This document shows, in pieces, positions 27,108-41,868 of a DNA stretch of 64,000 nucleotides; position 1 is the first letter of the stretch; each line of letters begins with the position of its first letter. The notes under the pieces are model-generated. The model saw nothing but the letters and a program-made list of their open reading frames with translations, did no database searches and was not told where the DNA came from. Source of the DNA: Octopus sinensis (Eukaryota); the NCBI RefSeq assembly GCF_006345805.1, contig NC_042998.1:110980001-111044000 (forward strand), given 5' to 3'. The translations under genes and the position numbers were made by a program.

Positions 27108-27989
27108 ATATCAATTTTCAACAATAACTTTTTACCGATTTTGAAGTTTGCTAACATGGGTTAAGTCCCTTCTTGCCATAGCCAAGTGAAAGTGGGTGTG
27201 TGTGAGGGAAAGAGAGAAGTTGTGTGTTGATGTATGTATGTGTGTGTGAGAGAGAGAGAGAGATAAGTTGCTCGTTGATGCATGTGGGTGTGTTTGACAG
27301 CGTTCATCAAAAATAAAAATATAAAATGTTTTATTTTGTTTCTTAAATACGAGATATAGTCTTCAAATTTGGGATGTTTTTGAAAGACGCTATATTTTAT
27401 AATCAGATTACATATACTTTCTCACACAGTAATTAAAATATACTTTAAGTCATTTATTTATTTTAAATCGTTCATGTTTCTCCCCCGTCACACATTATTT
27501 GGGTGCGAAAGAGTTTTGTTTTTATTTTACGCCAAGAAAAAAGTTTTTTTTGTTGAGAATCCATTTATTTAACAACAAAGTAACAAAGAGATAGGTAACA
27601 ATTTGACAGTGCATTACACAATATAAATGCGTACAATTTCCGAGGAATCCACCCCATCCCGTTTTTCGGACCACAAAATGAGTTTTGTAGCATATTAGGA
27701 GGCCAGAGTATTTGATCCCACGCAAAAAAATCCGATTTTTGTTTCTTAGTGAAAATCGTGCGAGTGTTAATCTATAAATTTACCAACATGTTTCCATTCA
27801 TTTCTGTTTATGAAGATGTATGCGTACAAAAAACATATATGCAATAGGTGTACGTACGTATATGTATGTGTGTGTGTGTTGCCCATATATATTTATACTA
27901 TTTATATTATATATATGTGTATATGTATATATATGTATATATATATACATATATATATATATATGTATGTATATGTGTATGTGTACAAG

Positions 27990-28107
27990 ATTTATCAGCC
28001 GAAATTGCGAGGATGATCCGTTTCTTGACTGGGGATTGGAGGCTTCGAGTGACCCGTCCGTGTTTTTTGTGTCGTCTGTTTGAGTGTTTTGCGTTCTTGT
28101 CCCATTT

Positions 28108-28110
<3 letters not shown>
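27990..28110 (+). repeat. Interspersed repeat family B, 3' fragment
   Basis: atcagccgaaattgcgaggatgatccg..ggcttcgagtgacccgtccgtg..cttgtcccattttgtat. Confidence 0.85.
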
Positions 28111-28163
<53 letters not shown>

Positions 28164-28790
28164 AGAACTTGATTAGATTAATAATCCCAACTTCATCCCG
28201 AGAAAAGCCGGATTATACTGCTAGTTCTCGATAAATATTAAATTTATATTTATGTGAATGAACAAGATATCATCAGACGGAAAAAAGATGTACATTTGGA
28301 TGTTATATGTGTGCTTATGAATTATGTCAAATATAATGAATTCATAAGCACATAGGTAACATCCCAATGTAAACCTTTTTCATTTCATATTGTGCTCATG
28401 TCACACAAATGTAAATTTAGTGTTTAATATTTAGTATTAATTGAAACGGATGTAAGTGAAGATGACCATTTTGCTGTTAATAATAAACAATTAGTAACTT
28501 CTTAATTTCCATTTCCTTTCTTCTTCGAAATTAATATAAATTATATGTTTTTATATATACCTACATATATTAAAGAGAATCATACGCCCAAAATACTAGG
28601 TATTGAACTAATATCTACTTGGATCAAACCAACCCTTCATGAGGTTTACATAAACTCTAATTAAATTATATATATGTGTGTGTGTGTGTATACGTATATA
28701 TATATATATATATATCATATATATACATATATATATTCATAAATATACATACATATATATACATATATATATATACATACATACATATTT

Positions 28791-28870
<80 letters not shown>

Positions 28871-29149
28871 AATAGAAAAGATTCAAATCAGGCAGACTAC
28901 GATTAACACATACATATGCGGGTTTAATTAAGATACAATGAGAATTGTCCAATATAAAACATACATTGGTATGTTAGAAATATAAAAATATATGAATATT
29001 AAAAATATACAAGGACATATAGATATATAGATATATAAACATAATAGTAATAGAATATAGATAAAATTTTAGAAATTAGAATATAGATAACTATTTTAGA
29101 AATTCAAAATTTAATATAGAGAAATTAATAAGCATTAAAAAGAGTTTTG

Positions 29150-30170
29150 GGTAACATGTTAAAGGAAAATAAGTTATTCCAGCGATCGTTTCAAGGGTAC
29201 ATTCATGCAGATTGCATATGAATCTGAAGATTCATTTCCATAGAATGCCCCCATCATCAGGGAAATATAGTGTTTACGTTAGATATGGATTTAGTCCCTT
29301 AACAGGTATAAGCTAATTTGATGCTGTATAGAAGAGCGGATAAAGCTGTGTAAATTATGTAAGTTTTTATGAAGGCTTGATGGGAGAAAAATTAGACTGT
29401 TTACTACTTTCTTAAAATTCACATTTGTACTGGCGATATATTGCTGAGCTATGTAATTGGGTTCGAATTTGGATCGTCTCATGAAAGTTGAACAGTATCT
29501 ATGGCTGCAGGAATGAATAGCGTCAGAAAACTTAATTAAAACAGTGGAAACTTAATTAAAACATGCGAAGGATAATGTACGATTCATTTATACACAATAG
29601 ACATCTGCCAGTAATCGTATTGCATGGTGGATTGCATCCATAATTGACCAAGACAATGTATAATTAACGTTATGTAATTTGAGGCCGTAGAATTTTTATG
29701 TTTTAACTTATTAAAGGAATTTACATGTATTCTTTTTCGTTTTTTGAAGTCTTTAGTGATTCTCGTGCATACCCTAGCTTGATGCTTATCGTTTGTCACT
29801 GTACATTTATAGATTACATTTTTGTGTAGACATAAACCCGCAAGCGGACATAATTCAAGGGTCCTGAAATTACACGTTTTGAATTCCTATCTATAATTTT
29901 TGTTTCATTAATATTATTTGGACTTGTATGGAGTATCCTATTGTGATCGACGCTTTTAGTTGTTTGGAGTTGAAATTTATTTCTGTTTGTAGATGCGATA
30001 ATTGAACCCAAATTAGGCGTGGTAGAGTAAGATAATTTTATAGAATGGTTATTAAATATAGGGTAGTATTTATGGTTCTTGAGGAAATTTAGTTTAAGAA
30101 CTTTGAAGAAATTGGTAGATTTTTGGCCCTGTGAGGAAATGAAGGCGCAAACCAAATAATCTGTATTTTC
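29150..30170 (-). mobile_element. Penelope-like element 3' fragment (linker plus GIY-YIG plus terminal repeat)
   Basis: FFKVLKLNFLKNHKYYPIFNNHSIKLSYSTTPNLGSIIASTN; KHKNSTASNYI; YTLSWSIM..CNTITGRCLLCINESYII, across frameshifts. Confidence 0.85.
29175..29267 (-). ncRNA. Type I hammerhead with a large branched stem II; U16.1 is disrupted in this copy
   Basis: TATTTCC-CTGATGA-T-GGGGGCATTC-tatggaa-ATGAATC(ttca)GATTCAT-ATGCA(atc)TGCAT-GAATGtaCCCTT-GAAA-CGATCG-CT-GGAATA. Confidence 0.7.
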
Positions 30171-30174
30171 GTTG

Positions 30175-30256
30175 GGTAAGTGTGTCTTCTACTATAGCCT
30201 CCGGCCCACCAAACCCTTCTGAGTGAATTTGATAAACGGAAACTGAAAGACATTGT

Positions 30257-30260
<4 letters not shown>
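30175..30260 (+). mobile_element. SINE family A, internal fragment
   Basis: gggtaagtgtgtcttctactatagcctccggcccaccaaa..aacggaaactgaaaga. Confidence 0.75.
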
Positions 30261-30288
<28 letters not shown>

Positions 30289-30289
30289 G

Positions 30290-31131
<842 letters not shown>

Positions 31132-31289
31132 GTGTGTATTTTCCCTTGGTAACAATTAACACAGAAAAAATAGATAAATAGTTACCAGGGTAGCAAGTAA
31201 AAAATGTTGAAACTCCTTGTTTTTAAAGGTAGAAAGTTCTGGTGTACGTGAAAGTTTTTAATATATAAAAATAAATAAATGGAGTTTAA

Positions 31290-32900
31290 CGCAGGTGTTA
31301 TTCAAACACTTTTACTTCCGACAAATGTTTCGAAAATATCACTGATATTATTCCAAAGGAATAAAATGATGTAAAACAGTGTAATCTTCTCTTCAGGAAG
31401 TGAAGAAACGAAACTTGTCAATAAGATATTTTAACAGAAAATGATGGATATGTATCGTGATTTACTGAACGCTATTAATATTGTTTCAGAAGAAAAATGT
31501 TGTAGGATATAACGTCAGAGTTAGCCTATAGAAAGAGGAGGGATAAAGTAAAGAAAAACTAAATAAATGAGAAGTATATGACTATATGCATATTGAAGAA
31601 AATCTTATAGACTAGGAAAAATATATATCTAGTGAATGTGAAATGTAAAATGAAATTAATGTTTAGATTATATATAATGATATAAATTACTTATATGAAC
31701 TAAAGGTGTGGTTTTGCCAATGTTTACGCTCTATAACCGTGTTTACAAGGAGATGTTTAGAAAAAGAATAAAAAATTGTTCAGAATTACAGAGAAGATAG
31801 AATTCCTTGCCTTTGTCATAAGGTATCGAGATTGAAAGAATCAACCAATCTAAATTAAACTGTTTATTGTGGTCTTTTAGTTCCCAAATTAATTTACTAA
31901 GCCCTGTACTGTTACGTTTATTCATATACCTAAATATCGAGTAATGATTAGAAATTCTTCTAGATAACTGTGAAGACGTGCTTCCAATATAAAAATATAC
32001 TTGATTACGAGTAGTAATTTTACACTAGTATATAGAATTTTTTATTTTAGAGTTACTTGACATAAACTGGATTCTGTTGTAATTGACTTCAGATACAATA
32101 ACGTTGTTATTAATATTTTTAGAGGGATGGTTGGTATTGGCTAAATTAATGTTAGTATTAGTAAATGTATTAAGATTTAACAGGTTGTTATTATGATAAG
32201 AGTTAATTTGTGAGAGATTTTTAGTGTTGGAAAAACCAATCCTAACCGTATGTGAATTGATAATAGAGTAATACCTAGAATTCTTTGGAAAATTCCTAAT
32301 AATAGCTTCACGAAACTGCAATGGGAGATTAGATTTAATTTGCCTCCCGAATGGAATAATTGACTAAATGGTTTTACTACTAGTTATCTTATGTTTAGTG
32401 TAATTACTTTTTAAAGTCTTAAATTTACCTTTACAATGAAAATAGGGGATTAAATAAGGGTTATCTCCCTTCCTCCGTTTTGTTTTGGTGTATAAATTTA
32501 AATTGATATCGTTAATTTCTTTACAACTAGATTTCATATCTACATTAGTAAAGTTAGAATAAGATTGAATGGAATCAATTTAGCTAATTTTCTCCGTATT
32601 ACCTGCTTTAAGTAAGGCAGAGTAGCTGAGAAGAAAGAATTTTGGGCATGTGCTAAGCATATCCGAATCAGCGAAAGTAAATATCATCTCACAAGCGAGC
32701 AGCAGAGGAAGAACTTCAGAACAGTACCGTATTGTTTTTTTATGATTGTAGTGATAAAGAAGATAAAGAATGAATCGAAGTTATTATGATAGAGGAAGCT
32801 GTGGTTAAGAGCGAGTTCTTTAATTTGACGAGTCACTTGAAATTTAAGATAACGTTTATTAACACAAGAAATGTTGAAATTAATCCTGTACAATTATAAT
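31290..32900 (-). mobile_element. Penelope-like element fragment (RT C-terminus, linker, GIY-YIG, 3' terminal region)
   Basis: SADSDM..ALLKAGNTEKI; FREAIIRNFPKNSRYYSIINSHTVRIGFSNTKNLSQI; NSTGLSKLIWELKDHNKQFNLDW.IL..PYDKG...LLCNSE. Confidence 0.85.
31314..31401 (-). ncRNA. Type I hammerhead ribozyme with all core nucleotides present and an extended stem II
   Basis: ACTTC-CTGAAGA-GAAGAT-ta-CACTG-(..TTATTCC ttt GGAATAA..)-CAGTG-at-ATTTTC-GAAA-CATTTG-TC-G-GAAGT. The GUC triplet predicts cleavage between 31320 and 31319. Confidence 0.75.
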
Positions 32901-35137
32901 ACTGACAAATACTAGAATAATTCAAATAATTTCTTGCGCGGACGAAAACACTCCTATCGCAGGAAGATATCGAATTTTGTTTTTCAATTCGAGTAATTAA
33001 CAGGTGTTAGCATCACATCTTGATTGCCAGCGTATTTGGTTAAAAAATGAAACAGTGCGACAGGTGCTTTTTCCTGCAAAAAGCTTCATGGAAAACATGA
33101 ATTTTACTTGCATGGAGGTCATGAAATGTGTTTTCAAAACAAGGTTCTTCATCCATTTATTATTTCAGGCGCAATGATACGATTTGGTTTCAACGATGAA
33201 GCCATATAATCTGAATAAGATATCGACTGACTGTATGCAATTAAAGTGATATGTTCTCATTTATAGAAGAAGAGCTGTCTGTGAAAACACTTTGAAATAA
33301 CATTTACACCTTGGTAATAACATTTACACCTTGGTAATTTTCTTTACTAGAAAACCCCTTATACATAGCTTTTCAAGCAGTTTTGCAAACGATTTGGTTT
33401 CTAATAGTGACTGAATTCTTTAGAAAGATAATTGGGGAATAGGTTAACCGGTTTTAGAGTTCGAAAAAGGAAAATATCATACGTATTCTTCGGTTCCAAG
33501 TATAGTATTTGATTATGAGTATTTCAATTATGACGAAAACAGAATGGCACGTCAAAAAGTATATTTCTAAAAAATGAATAGTAGTACGTAGATGACTACT
33601 TTTTGTAGTAAATCAATAACATGAATTATTGCTTGCTGTGACTGTTGTTTGAAGGTGCAGCACAAGCAAATATTCCTAAATGCGCTTAGCTTTTGACAAT
33701 CAACGAGTGTTCTGAGAATCTTCATCGGGTTGTTATAGTCTTCATGAATATTTCTATACATCATTACCGGGATATTGGGATTTGAAGACTTACAAATAGC
33801 AAACAAAAGGAAGACACAGGGATTAGAACAAACAACGCAATTCTCTATACTGTCTTTCAACTTTCAAGAGATAGCAATACACTTTTTCTTAAATACAGTT
33901 AGAAAAAAAAAGAACAATGCACCTTTAGATACACGCACCGTCTCGAAACGAAAAAGCGTGATATGCATGTCTGGACCGCCACTGGCTCTGGCAGCAAATT
34001 CACAATACGACAAATAATACGAGACTGCATTATATACATCTTAACATGCAGCAAATTCAACAGGTTTCAAATTCAACTTTGAACACGGCTAAATACAACA
34101 TCAACATTTCTTTCACTCTAATTAAAAACGTTGACATTGTTGTGTTTCACAAGGTATTTATAGTAGCTCTGTAGCTAAACTGTACGGTAATTGTAATATT
34201 AACGAAATATAGCTTAAACATTGTGTCATTTAATTTCGAAACGTGACATCTTTCGAAAACACAAGATTTCTCTTACCATCCAACAACTAAGTGGGAATGT
34301 CAGACATTATCAATAAACATAAATAATCAGATCAAAAAGTTCACAATTACCTCCATCAACTACTGCAAAAAACTGTTTCGCAAGAAATAAACTGTGTGAA
34401 GCAGTTTCAATACATTATAAGTACTTATTTCATTTATCTAGCAGTTTAATAGCTTATGTTATTTACGATAAAATATTTTATTAATGATCAATTTAATCTT
34501 TACTTTTAATACTATAAAACGTTTAACAAAAAAACGTTTACAAAAAGCTAATAACGTGACACATCTATTGAACAAAATATATGTGACTAGCATTTATGAA
34601 TTTAATAATCGTGTACGTTCTACCCAGAAACATGTTTCCGTAAGTATACTATACCGACCAAAGTATAAAGATGATTTCAATTATGTGAATAATTAAGGGA
34701 CTCTGATCAAAATACAAAATCAGAACAATGAAGTAATCATTTTGATATCTTAAAGTTTCTAGACTGCTTGTGGAAAGTCTTACTAGTCTGTTATCTTATC
34801 AATAAGTTTCCCAAACTTTTATTTCCGATACCTTCAAAGCAGTTGCCATGTAATTCCAAATCTACAAATATTAAAGCGGAGCAAATGTTCAGGCTCACTT
34901 TTTAACATATCAAAGCAAATATTCCTGAGCAAAGGTATTTAGGTGTAAGCTATTAACAATCGTGTCTTATCTTTCAGTGTTAATCATCTCTAATGAATAT
35001 CTTTGGCTTCCCGGAGTATCTCTGTTCATGTATTATGTATAGCCTTCGATAAACTTCATGTGTATGTTTCTCTAAGTAAATTTGAATTAAGAAACAATAT
35101 TTCAGTTTCAAATTTTCGGTTCTAAAGGCCATGGTTA

Positions 35138-35541
35138 TTGATTTCAAATGTTGGTACAAGGCCATCAGTATCAGAGGATGGCTGATTCAATTACATCGAC
35201 TACAGTGCTCAGCTGGTACTTATTTTGTTGACCCCAAAAGATAGCCAAAGTAGACCGGCGGAATTTCAACTCAGAACTTAAAGCCGGACAGTGTCGCCAA
35301 CCATTCTGACAGCTGGCAGTCTTAAAACCCACTAATATTGATTTCAAATCTTGGCACAAGGCCAGCATTTTCGGGGCAATGACATCAACACTAGTGTTCA
35401 ACTGATAATTATTTTATCGAACTTAAAAAGATGAAAGGCAGAGGCAACATCGGTGACATTTGAACTCAGAATGTTAAGTCGGAAGAAAATGACACTAAAC
35501 ATTTTCTCCGGCGAGCTCACGTTTCTGCTATTTCGCTGCCC
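35138..35541 (-). mobile_element. Two head-to-tail copies of SINE family D (35138-35321 and 35337-35541)
   Basis: Both begin tgatttcaaat.ttgg.acaaggcca and contain ggaatttcaactcagaa or catttgaactcagaa (reverse-complement B-box-like). Homologous to 52913-53050. Confidence 0.75.
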
Positions 35542-36424
35542 TAAAAAGCTCATTAATAGGTATATATATTTCATGCTAAAACAGAATGCGTAATACTAAC
35601 TAGATTCATAACGTACAGCTTCATATTGATTTATCGTATCTGAAGGCCAACAGAAAATAATTTAAAATCGAGTTTCCCACAGTTTTCTAGTACATCGTCT
35701 TAGTGGGAGGAAATGAAAGTGCTGTTAGCCATGATAGATTTTTTTCTTGAATCAGATAAATATTTGCACACCTTAGTATAATTTTTGTTAGAATATGCAA
35801 TTAGCAAAGTGTTCGACTAGAGATCCATACTTTCTCCTTTCTTTTTATGATCTTTCTATTCGTGTAGCCAATCCAAAGTTCGCAGCGTTGAACAATTTTT
35901 TTTTATCAACAGGGAATTCCAATGCATATCAAAAAGACAAAAACAAACAGGAGAGTATTTGGTTTGTTTTCGCAGTACAACTGTATATTGTGTCTTCATG
36001 TGGATATTTATTTCAACTGAACGTTTGCTACAGTGAAGATTGTGTAGAATCCTTGCTGTCTTTACTGAAGTTAGTAGCGAGTAAGCTTTTATTACTTCTA
36101 GGTATATATTGCGTCTCTTCTCAAGCAGCTAAGTGAAATGATAGCGAAATGCTTGAGGTATTCTCTGACAGTCAAATAACGCCGGAGTATTTTATATAGC
36201 CATTAAGATATTTCGCTTCTAGTGCCGAAGTGTTTTAATGGCAGCTATAGCTCCTCCAAAATATCATTATGCACAAGCCCAATCTTGTTGCAATAGACTA
36301 GAATTAGATAATTATCTGTTACACATCATCGGTATTATTTTACAAATCGAAATATAACTAAAGTTTACTATCAAGAAGGAATCATCGAAGACATTACAAT
36401 ACATTTCTGTAAATTTTGAAACAG

Positions 36425-36541
36425 AGCAACTCCAGGCCACTTTTGGTAGAGGATGCGGAGAAAATTTTAACAAATCAGTCAGAGAAGGAGCTGGAACGCC
36501 TACGAGAGTTTAACGATAAAGATGGTCGTGCTTTATATCAA
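36425..36541 (+). CDS. Candidate internal exon of an unidentified gene (SNSRPLLVEDAEKILTNQSEKELERLREFNDKDGRALYQ)
   Basis: ttttgaaacag acceptor, caa|gtaata donor, 117 nt, phase 0-0. Only this frame reads through, and GC is raised relative to the flanks. No homology recognised. Confidence 0.45.
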
Positions 36542-39500
36542 GTAATACAATCACTAGCGTCTAATCTTTGGGGGTAAGTTTTATAAAGGAACATTTGGAC
36601 ACATTGGTCCTTGTTGGGATTAAGGAATAATCGAGGCTCCAACACAGCCAGGTGATTTAGAAATGCTGAAGTTAGGTAGGTGTTTAATAAATTCATTCGA
36701 TATTTGCTTCCTTATTCGAAGTCATTTTTCGTCAGCAATACAATATTTTGCTGTGAGTGTCCTAAAAATTGCAAAAACAAAATGTCATTTGTGAATCCTA
36801 CAAAATTTTAAGACCCTCTATAATGTACAAATTACGCCATGAATTATCAATGTTATTTGTTATGTCGAGCGTGATTATATCGTGAATGAAATGAAAGACA
36901 TTGTATGGAATTAGATATTTTGGTTTAATTTAAAAAATGCATTTCTATATAAATTTTGTGATGGAGCTTGTAGGGCATACGTATACGGTTGCAGAAGCTA
37001 TTTATTTTTTCACTTTCGTTGTCATGTTTCAAAAACTATAATTATAAATGTTGTTCTCATTCGTGTTGAAGTTAAATTTATTTTTATATCCATGGAACTT
37101 TGATAAATATTTTCACTAAATAAACCTAAGTATTACAGAAAATCTGTGATAATGGAGAAATACGAAACTACTACTTAAAAATATTTTTATAAATTCATGC
37201 ACTAGTTATTAGCGAGGTATATAATCGGAAGGTTTTCTTTCTTCAAATTTCCATTGCGTTTTGATATTTCTTTTCTTTTCCTTTTTTTTTTTGCTTGTTT
37301 TAGAAATACATTGTCAGTGAAACATCGGAGATTTTGAAGAAATATTTAACCATTATTCTAAAGTGAAAATATTTAAAACATAGCTTTGTTTCCATGAACA
37401 ATTTGATTTGTTCCCTTTATCTTTCATTAATATTTACTGATGTGCGCAGTAAACAATATTGTGTGCAGATGTCATTGTCACTTAAATACACAGTTTTGTA
37501 GTTGACACTGTTGTTACCCCAAGATCAACCCTCATCAAGTAAACCTATGTTTAAAGGCATACCAGCTGCGATTATCATCTCTTTTTAGGAGCAACTAAAA
37601 CAATGATACCTAATGACATTTGTATTAAATCGATTGAGATCTACTTAATTTTACAAACATGGAAAACGTATGTCAGACGAATACATTGATTTTACACATT
37701 AAAGTATTTTTTCTACCTATATACAGGATCAAGATTTATGAAAGCAATTGGATAACAAGATGATGCATACCGTTTATTTATTCATACTAGTGCTGAGGAT
37801 AAAGAATTTGCAATATTTCGATATTTTAAAGTAAAGGAAATTTAGGTAGAATAGTTCACGTTATTTGGTCAATAATTGAAGAAATGTGAGCAGTATTAAT
37901 ATATCTGTAAATGGACAAATATAAGTAGAGAGAGAAAATAGAGAGAGATTGAGAGAAAAAGCCTAGCTTGCAGTGAACGTAAGCTTGGGGATTCAGTCCT
38001 TGGGCGCAGCGACGCTGTGTTGCCTACGAAAATGAAACACTTTATTTTATGTTGCTCCGGATAAATGATTACCAACGGGATGCTGGTGCAATCCTCTCTC
38101 CTCTAGAGGTGATATTCTTAGCCGTTATACTGAAGCAGACAAAGTGTCTATGTCTGCCCATGACTGCACACGCTTTTATTAAAATAAGCGAACGGAAGAT
38201 ACATGTTTCTTATGCAGTGGAATCAGCTTTGGTCTCTTGCTTCCAGTTGTTTTAGTATGCATTTGATCCTAACTACGCATTCAGATGAATTGTCATCATA
38301 TATGCTATTTAACATAAAGCGGGGGGCACTTGCAGATGCTTCTACTTCGGGACAGGGTAGACTCTTTAAGCTGTATACGCCATAATAGCGATGAACATAA
38401 TAAGCAAAAGAGGCTAAGTTTGAAAGACGTGTACATTTGCTAAAACCTCAAGATGAAAGCTATTAATCTCTACAAAGCAAGAGCAAAATATCGAACGACA
38501 CGAACGAGAATCGTCTTACCATCACCACTGAGTATATTCTTCACTTTTGTGCTGTAACTCAGATGCTGTCGCCTGGTGTTAATACCTTAAGTAAATTAAA
38601 ACATGCATTCTGAAAACAATGCTGTTCTTTACGAGCGTCATCGTGAATTTTTTTAACTGTTCTATTAAGATTATGTATATTTGTGCAAATTAGCTAATAT
38701 TTTGGGAATCAACTTATTTATTAAATAATAATGCTTTTCCAGCCGGAAGGTCTTGTTTTTTCTAGCATTTTAGCTACAAAAATATGAATCCGAGAGAATC
38801 TTATTTTCTTACTCTTATTATTGTAATTATTTGCTCATAGGACCATACTTATTCAACAGAACAATAGTCAACATCATTGAAGCAATGACAGTGAAACTTT
38901 TGTCTGAGATACTGAGAGACATTCCTATGCAGGATATACTTGACATATTAGTGCCATATTTCTGCTCCTCCTCCATATATTTCTTGGTAGTGTTACCACA
39001 TATCACGAATCAAACACAACTTGGCACTCTTCAGTTCGCGTTAATATCAGAAGTAATAATTCTTAATTAGAATTGCATTATGAAAGAATTTCTTTATTGA
39101 TTTGATGTAGGCCCCATGTACTTTTTAACTATAAATACAATAAGGAACGCTTGATTTTCCTCTTCGATTGGATGGATGATCAATGCTATATGTGCTACAT
39201 CCGCTATAATAAATTTTTTTGAAGGCATATAATAAAACATTCAACATTGCTCAACAAACGTAGATTTGTGGCTATAAACCAGCCTAAAGATCCATAATTC
39301 AACGGTCGATTGTATAGTTTCATATCATTTACCACTTCATGCCTGATTAGTATATTTGGTGGTGAATAAATGGCAAAAATGGCCGATTCTGCCTCAAACT
39401 TACTTTATAGGCTCTAAACAAGTATCAGCATATGCACCATATTCCGTTCTAGTGCACAATTCTTAAGCCTCATGTTCTCTCCGTAAAGAAATCACTGAAA

Positions 39501-39591
39501 AATAGGAAAGAAAAGAATCTCAAAAATCACGCCGGGAAGATGCTGTTTCATCAAACAAACTGAAGCATAGATTAAACAAAACAACATTTAA

Positions 39592-39698
39592 ATGATGATG
39601 ATGATGATGATGACGATGATGATGACGATGATGATGATGATGATGTTGATGATGATGATGATGATGATGATTATGACGATGACGACGATGACGATGAC

Positions 39699-39734
<36 letters not shown>

Positions 39735-39770
39735 AATGATGATGACTGTGGTTACTACCACGACGATGAT
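39592..39770. repeat. Imperfect (GAT)n trinucleotide microsatellite
   Basis: Directly visible; source of the poly-Met ORF. Confidence 0.95.
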
Positions 39771-40731
39771 AAAGTTCTACAAAGGAAGTTCATAAGAGAG
39801 AAGAATAAAAAAAAAATTCCTTTTTGAAATACAAACAGTATAGTATTTCAAATAAGTTTCTTATAAAAGATTTGTAAAATTATACATCGTAAATTTTAAA
39901 AATACGTATATGAAAATATTAAAAATGAATTTGAAGCCCAAAGAAGAAATGTTTTTTCCAGCGCTGAGTGTTTCTTTTCGCGCTGTATGTTTATGTGTAT
40001 GTGTGTGAGGGGGGCGCGGGTGTATGTTTATATGCCTGTGTATACATGTGTGTACGTGATTATATGTGCCTCTTTGATATTGTAGTTGTACACAATTATA
40101 TATTTGTAAGTGTACGTGTTCTAAGCATACATAAAAGCGTATATATGAATATGTAGAATATGTAGTGATTAGACTATATTAATGTGTCTTTGGAACCTAC
40201 GAAACCAAATCACATATACATACATAAATACATACGTACATGCATTCATTCAAAGCACACACACATACATGCATATACTGATTCCTGCATTCCATATATG
40301 CACAAAAAAGAACGATGTACAAACAAATATATATACAATACAACATATTATATTCGTGCATGCGTTCTAAACATACTTAAAAAGTTATACAGAAGCATTA
40401 GATTACAAGGTAAGATTATTTTTTCATTTTTGTTCGTTTATATACTGTTTACGCGATGATATGTAAACGTATGTTGCTAACCTTATATATCAGTATATCG
40501 GTGTGTGCCGGTATGCTTGGGTATTACTATTTTATGAATACATATAATACACATTCATACAGGACAAATTAACTGGTACACACTAATCTACATATATAAA
40601 CTTTCACACGTTACTGTGTGTATGTATGTGTGTATATATTTCTATATGTGTGTGGGTGTATGTGAGCTTTTTGGTTAATAGGGATGTTTGTAAACAATTT
40701 AAATCTTTACACACACACATATGTATGTATG

Positions 40732-40824
<93 letters not shown>

Positions 40825-41046
40825 GTAAGTAGGTATGTATGTATATATACACATATATGCACACTCACATATCTATGCATGTTTTATGTTTACAAAATGA
40901 TACTACCATCTAAATTCTATATGAACAAAGAAGCATGCATTTAGAAGCAAATGCACAGATAGACAACATAGAAATAATATGTTCGCTGCATTCATCCATG
41001 TATGTATGTCTACACACACACACAACAAATTAATAATAAGGAGAAC

Positions 41047-41114
<68 letters not shown>

Positions 41115-41271
41115 ATATATTTTTATATATCCAGTGTTATTCTGGTGTGAATCACGTCTTTCTAATTCGCAGCTAGATTTCTGCACCTCAAGAAGCGGCA
41201 ATTAACGCCCAAAACATACACCGAGGAGCAAAACTTTACAGTGTACACAAAATTGCAGTAGAAATATATAC

Positions 41272-41352
<81 letters not shown>

Positions 41353-41800
41353 ATTATATATATATAGCTTAGCTGAGCTAGAGGTTAAAATAACTGTCTT
41401 GCGGATATAAGTATCCATTAAACTACCGATGTATTATCTATGCTTAAAGATGGGCGTACATATGCAGGTATATTATGCTCATAAATTATAGGTAAAGACA
41501 AGGATAAACATGAATGTATCAAGAATCAAAATTTAAAGAAAGCAAAAAATGGAGAAATACTGATTAACAACAATTGACTTATGTTAATTATAATTTATTA
41601 AATCAATAGAAATAGTCTGCATCTCATCTAACAGCTGTTTCTTCTTCCAATGTTCTATGGTTTTGCCATTCATATACTAAAGTTACTTATCATATTTGGT
41701 AATAAAACCGATCTGAGATATGGAGCTTCATCAGAGTGAAGAATAAATAAAGAGGAAGAGCATAGAGAAGAATATGTGCTCTTTTCTGTTCTCTTTAAAT

Positions 41801-41868
<68 letters not shown>

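Noticed and set aside
33567-33860. Protein-like ORFs at 33567-33860, 35795-36136, 38831-39070, 55510-55737 and 60032-60292
   Set aside because: No recognisable domain and weak or ambiguous splice signals; some are open on both strands.
39592-39795. Poly-Met ORF
   Set aside because: Translation of a (GAT)n microsatellite.
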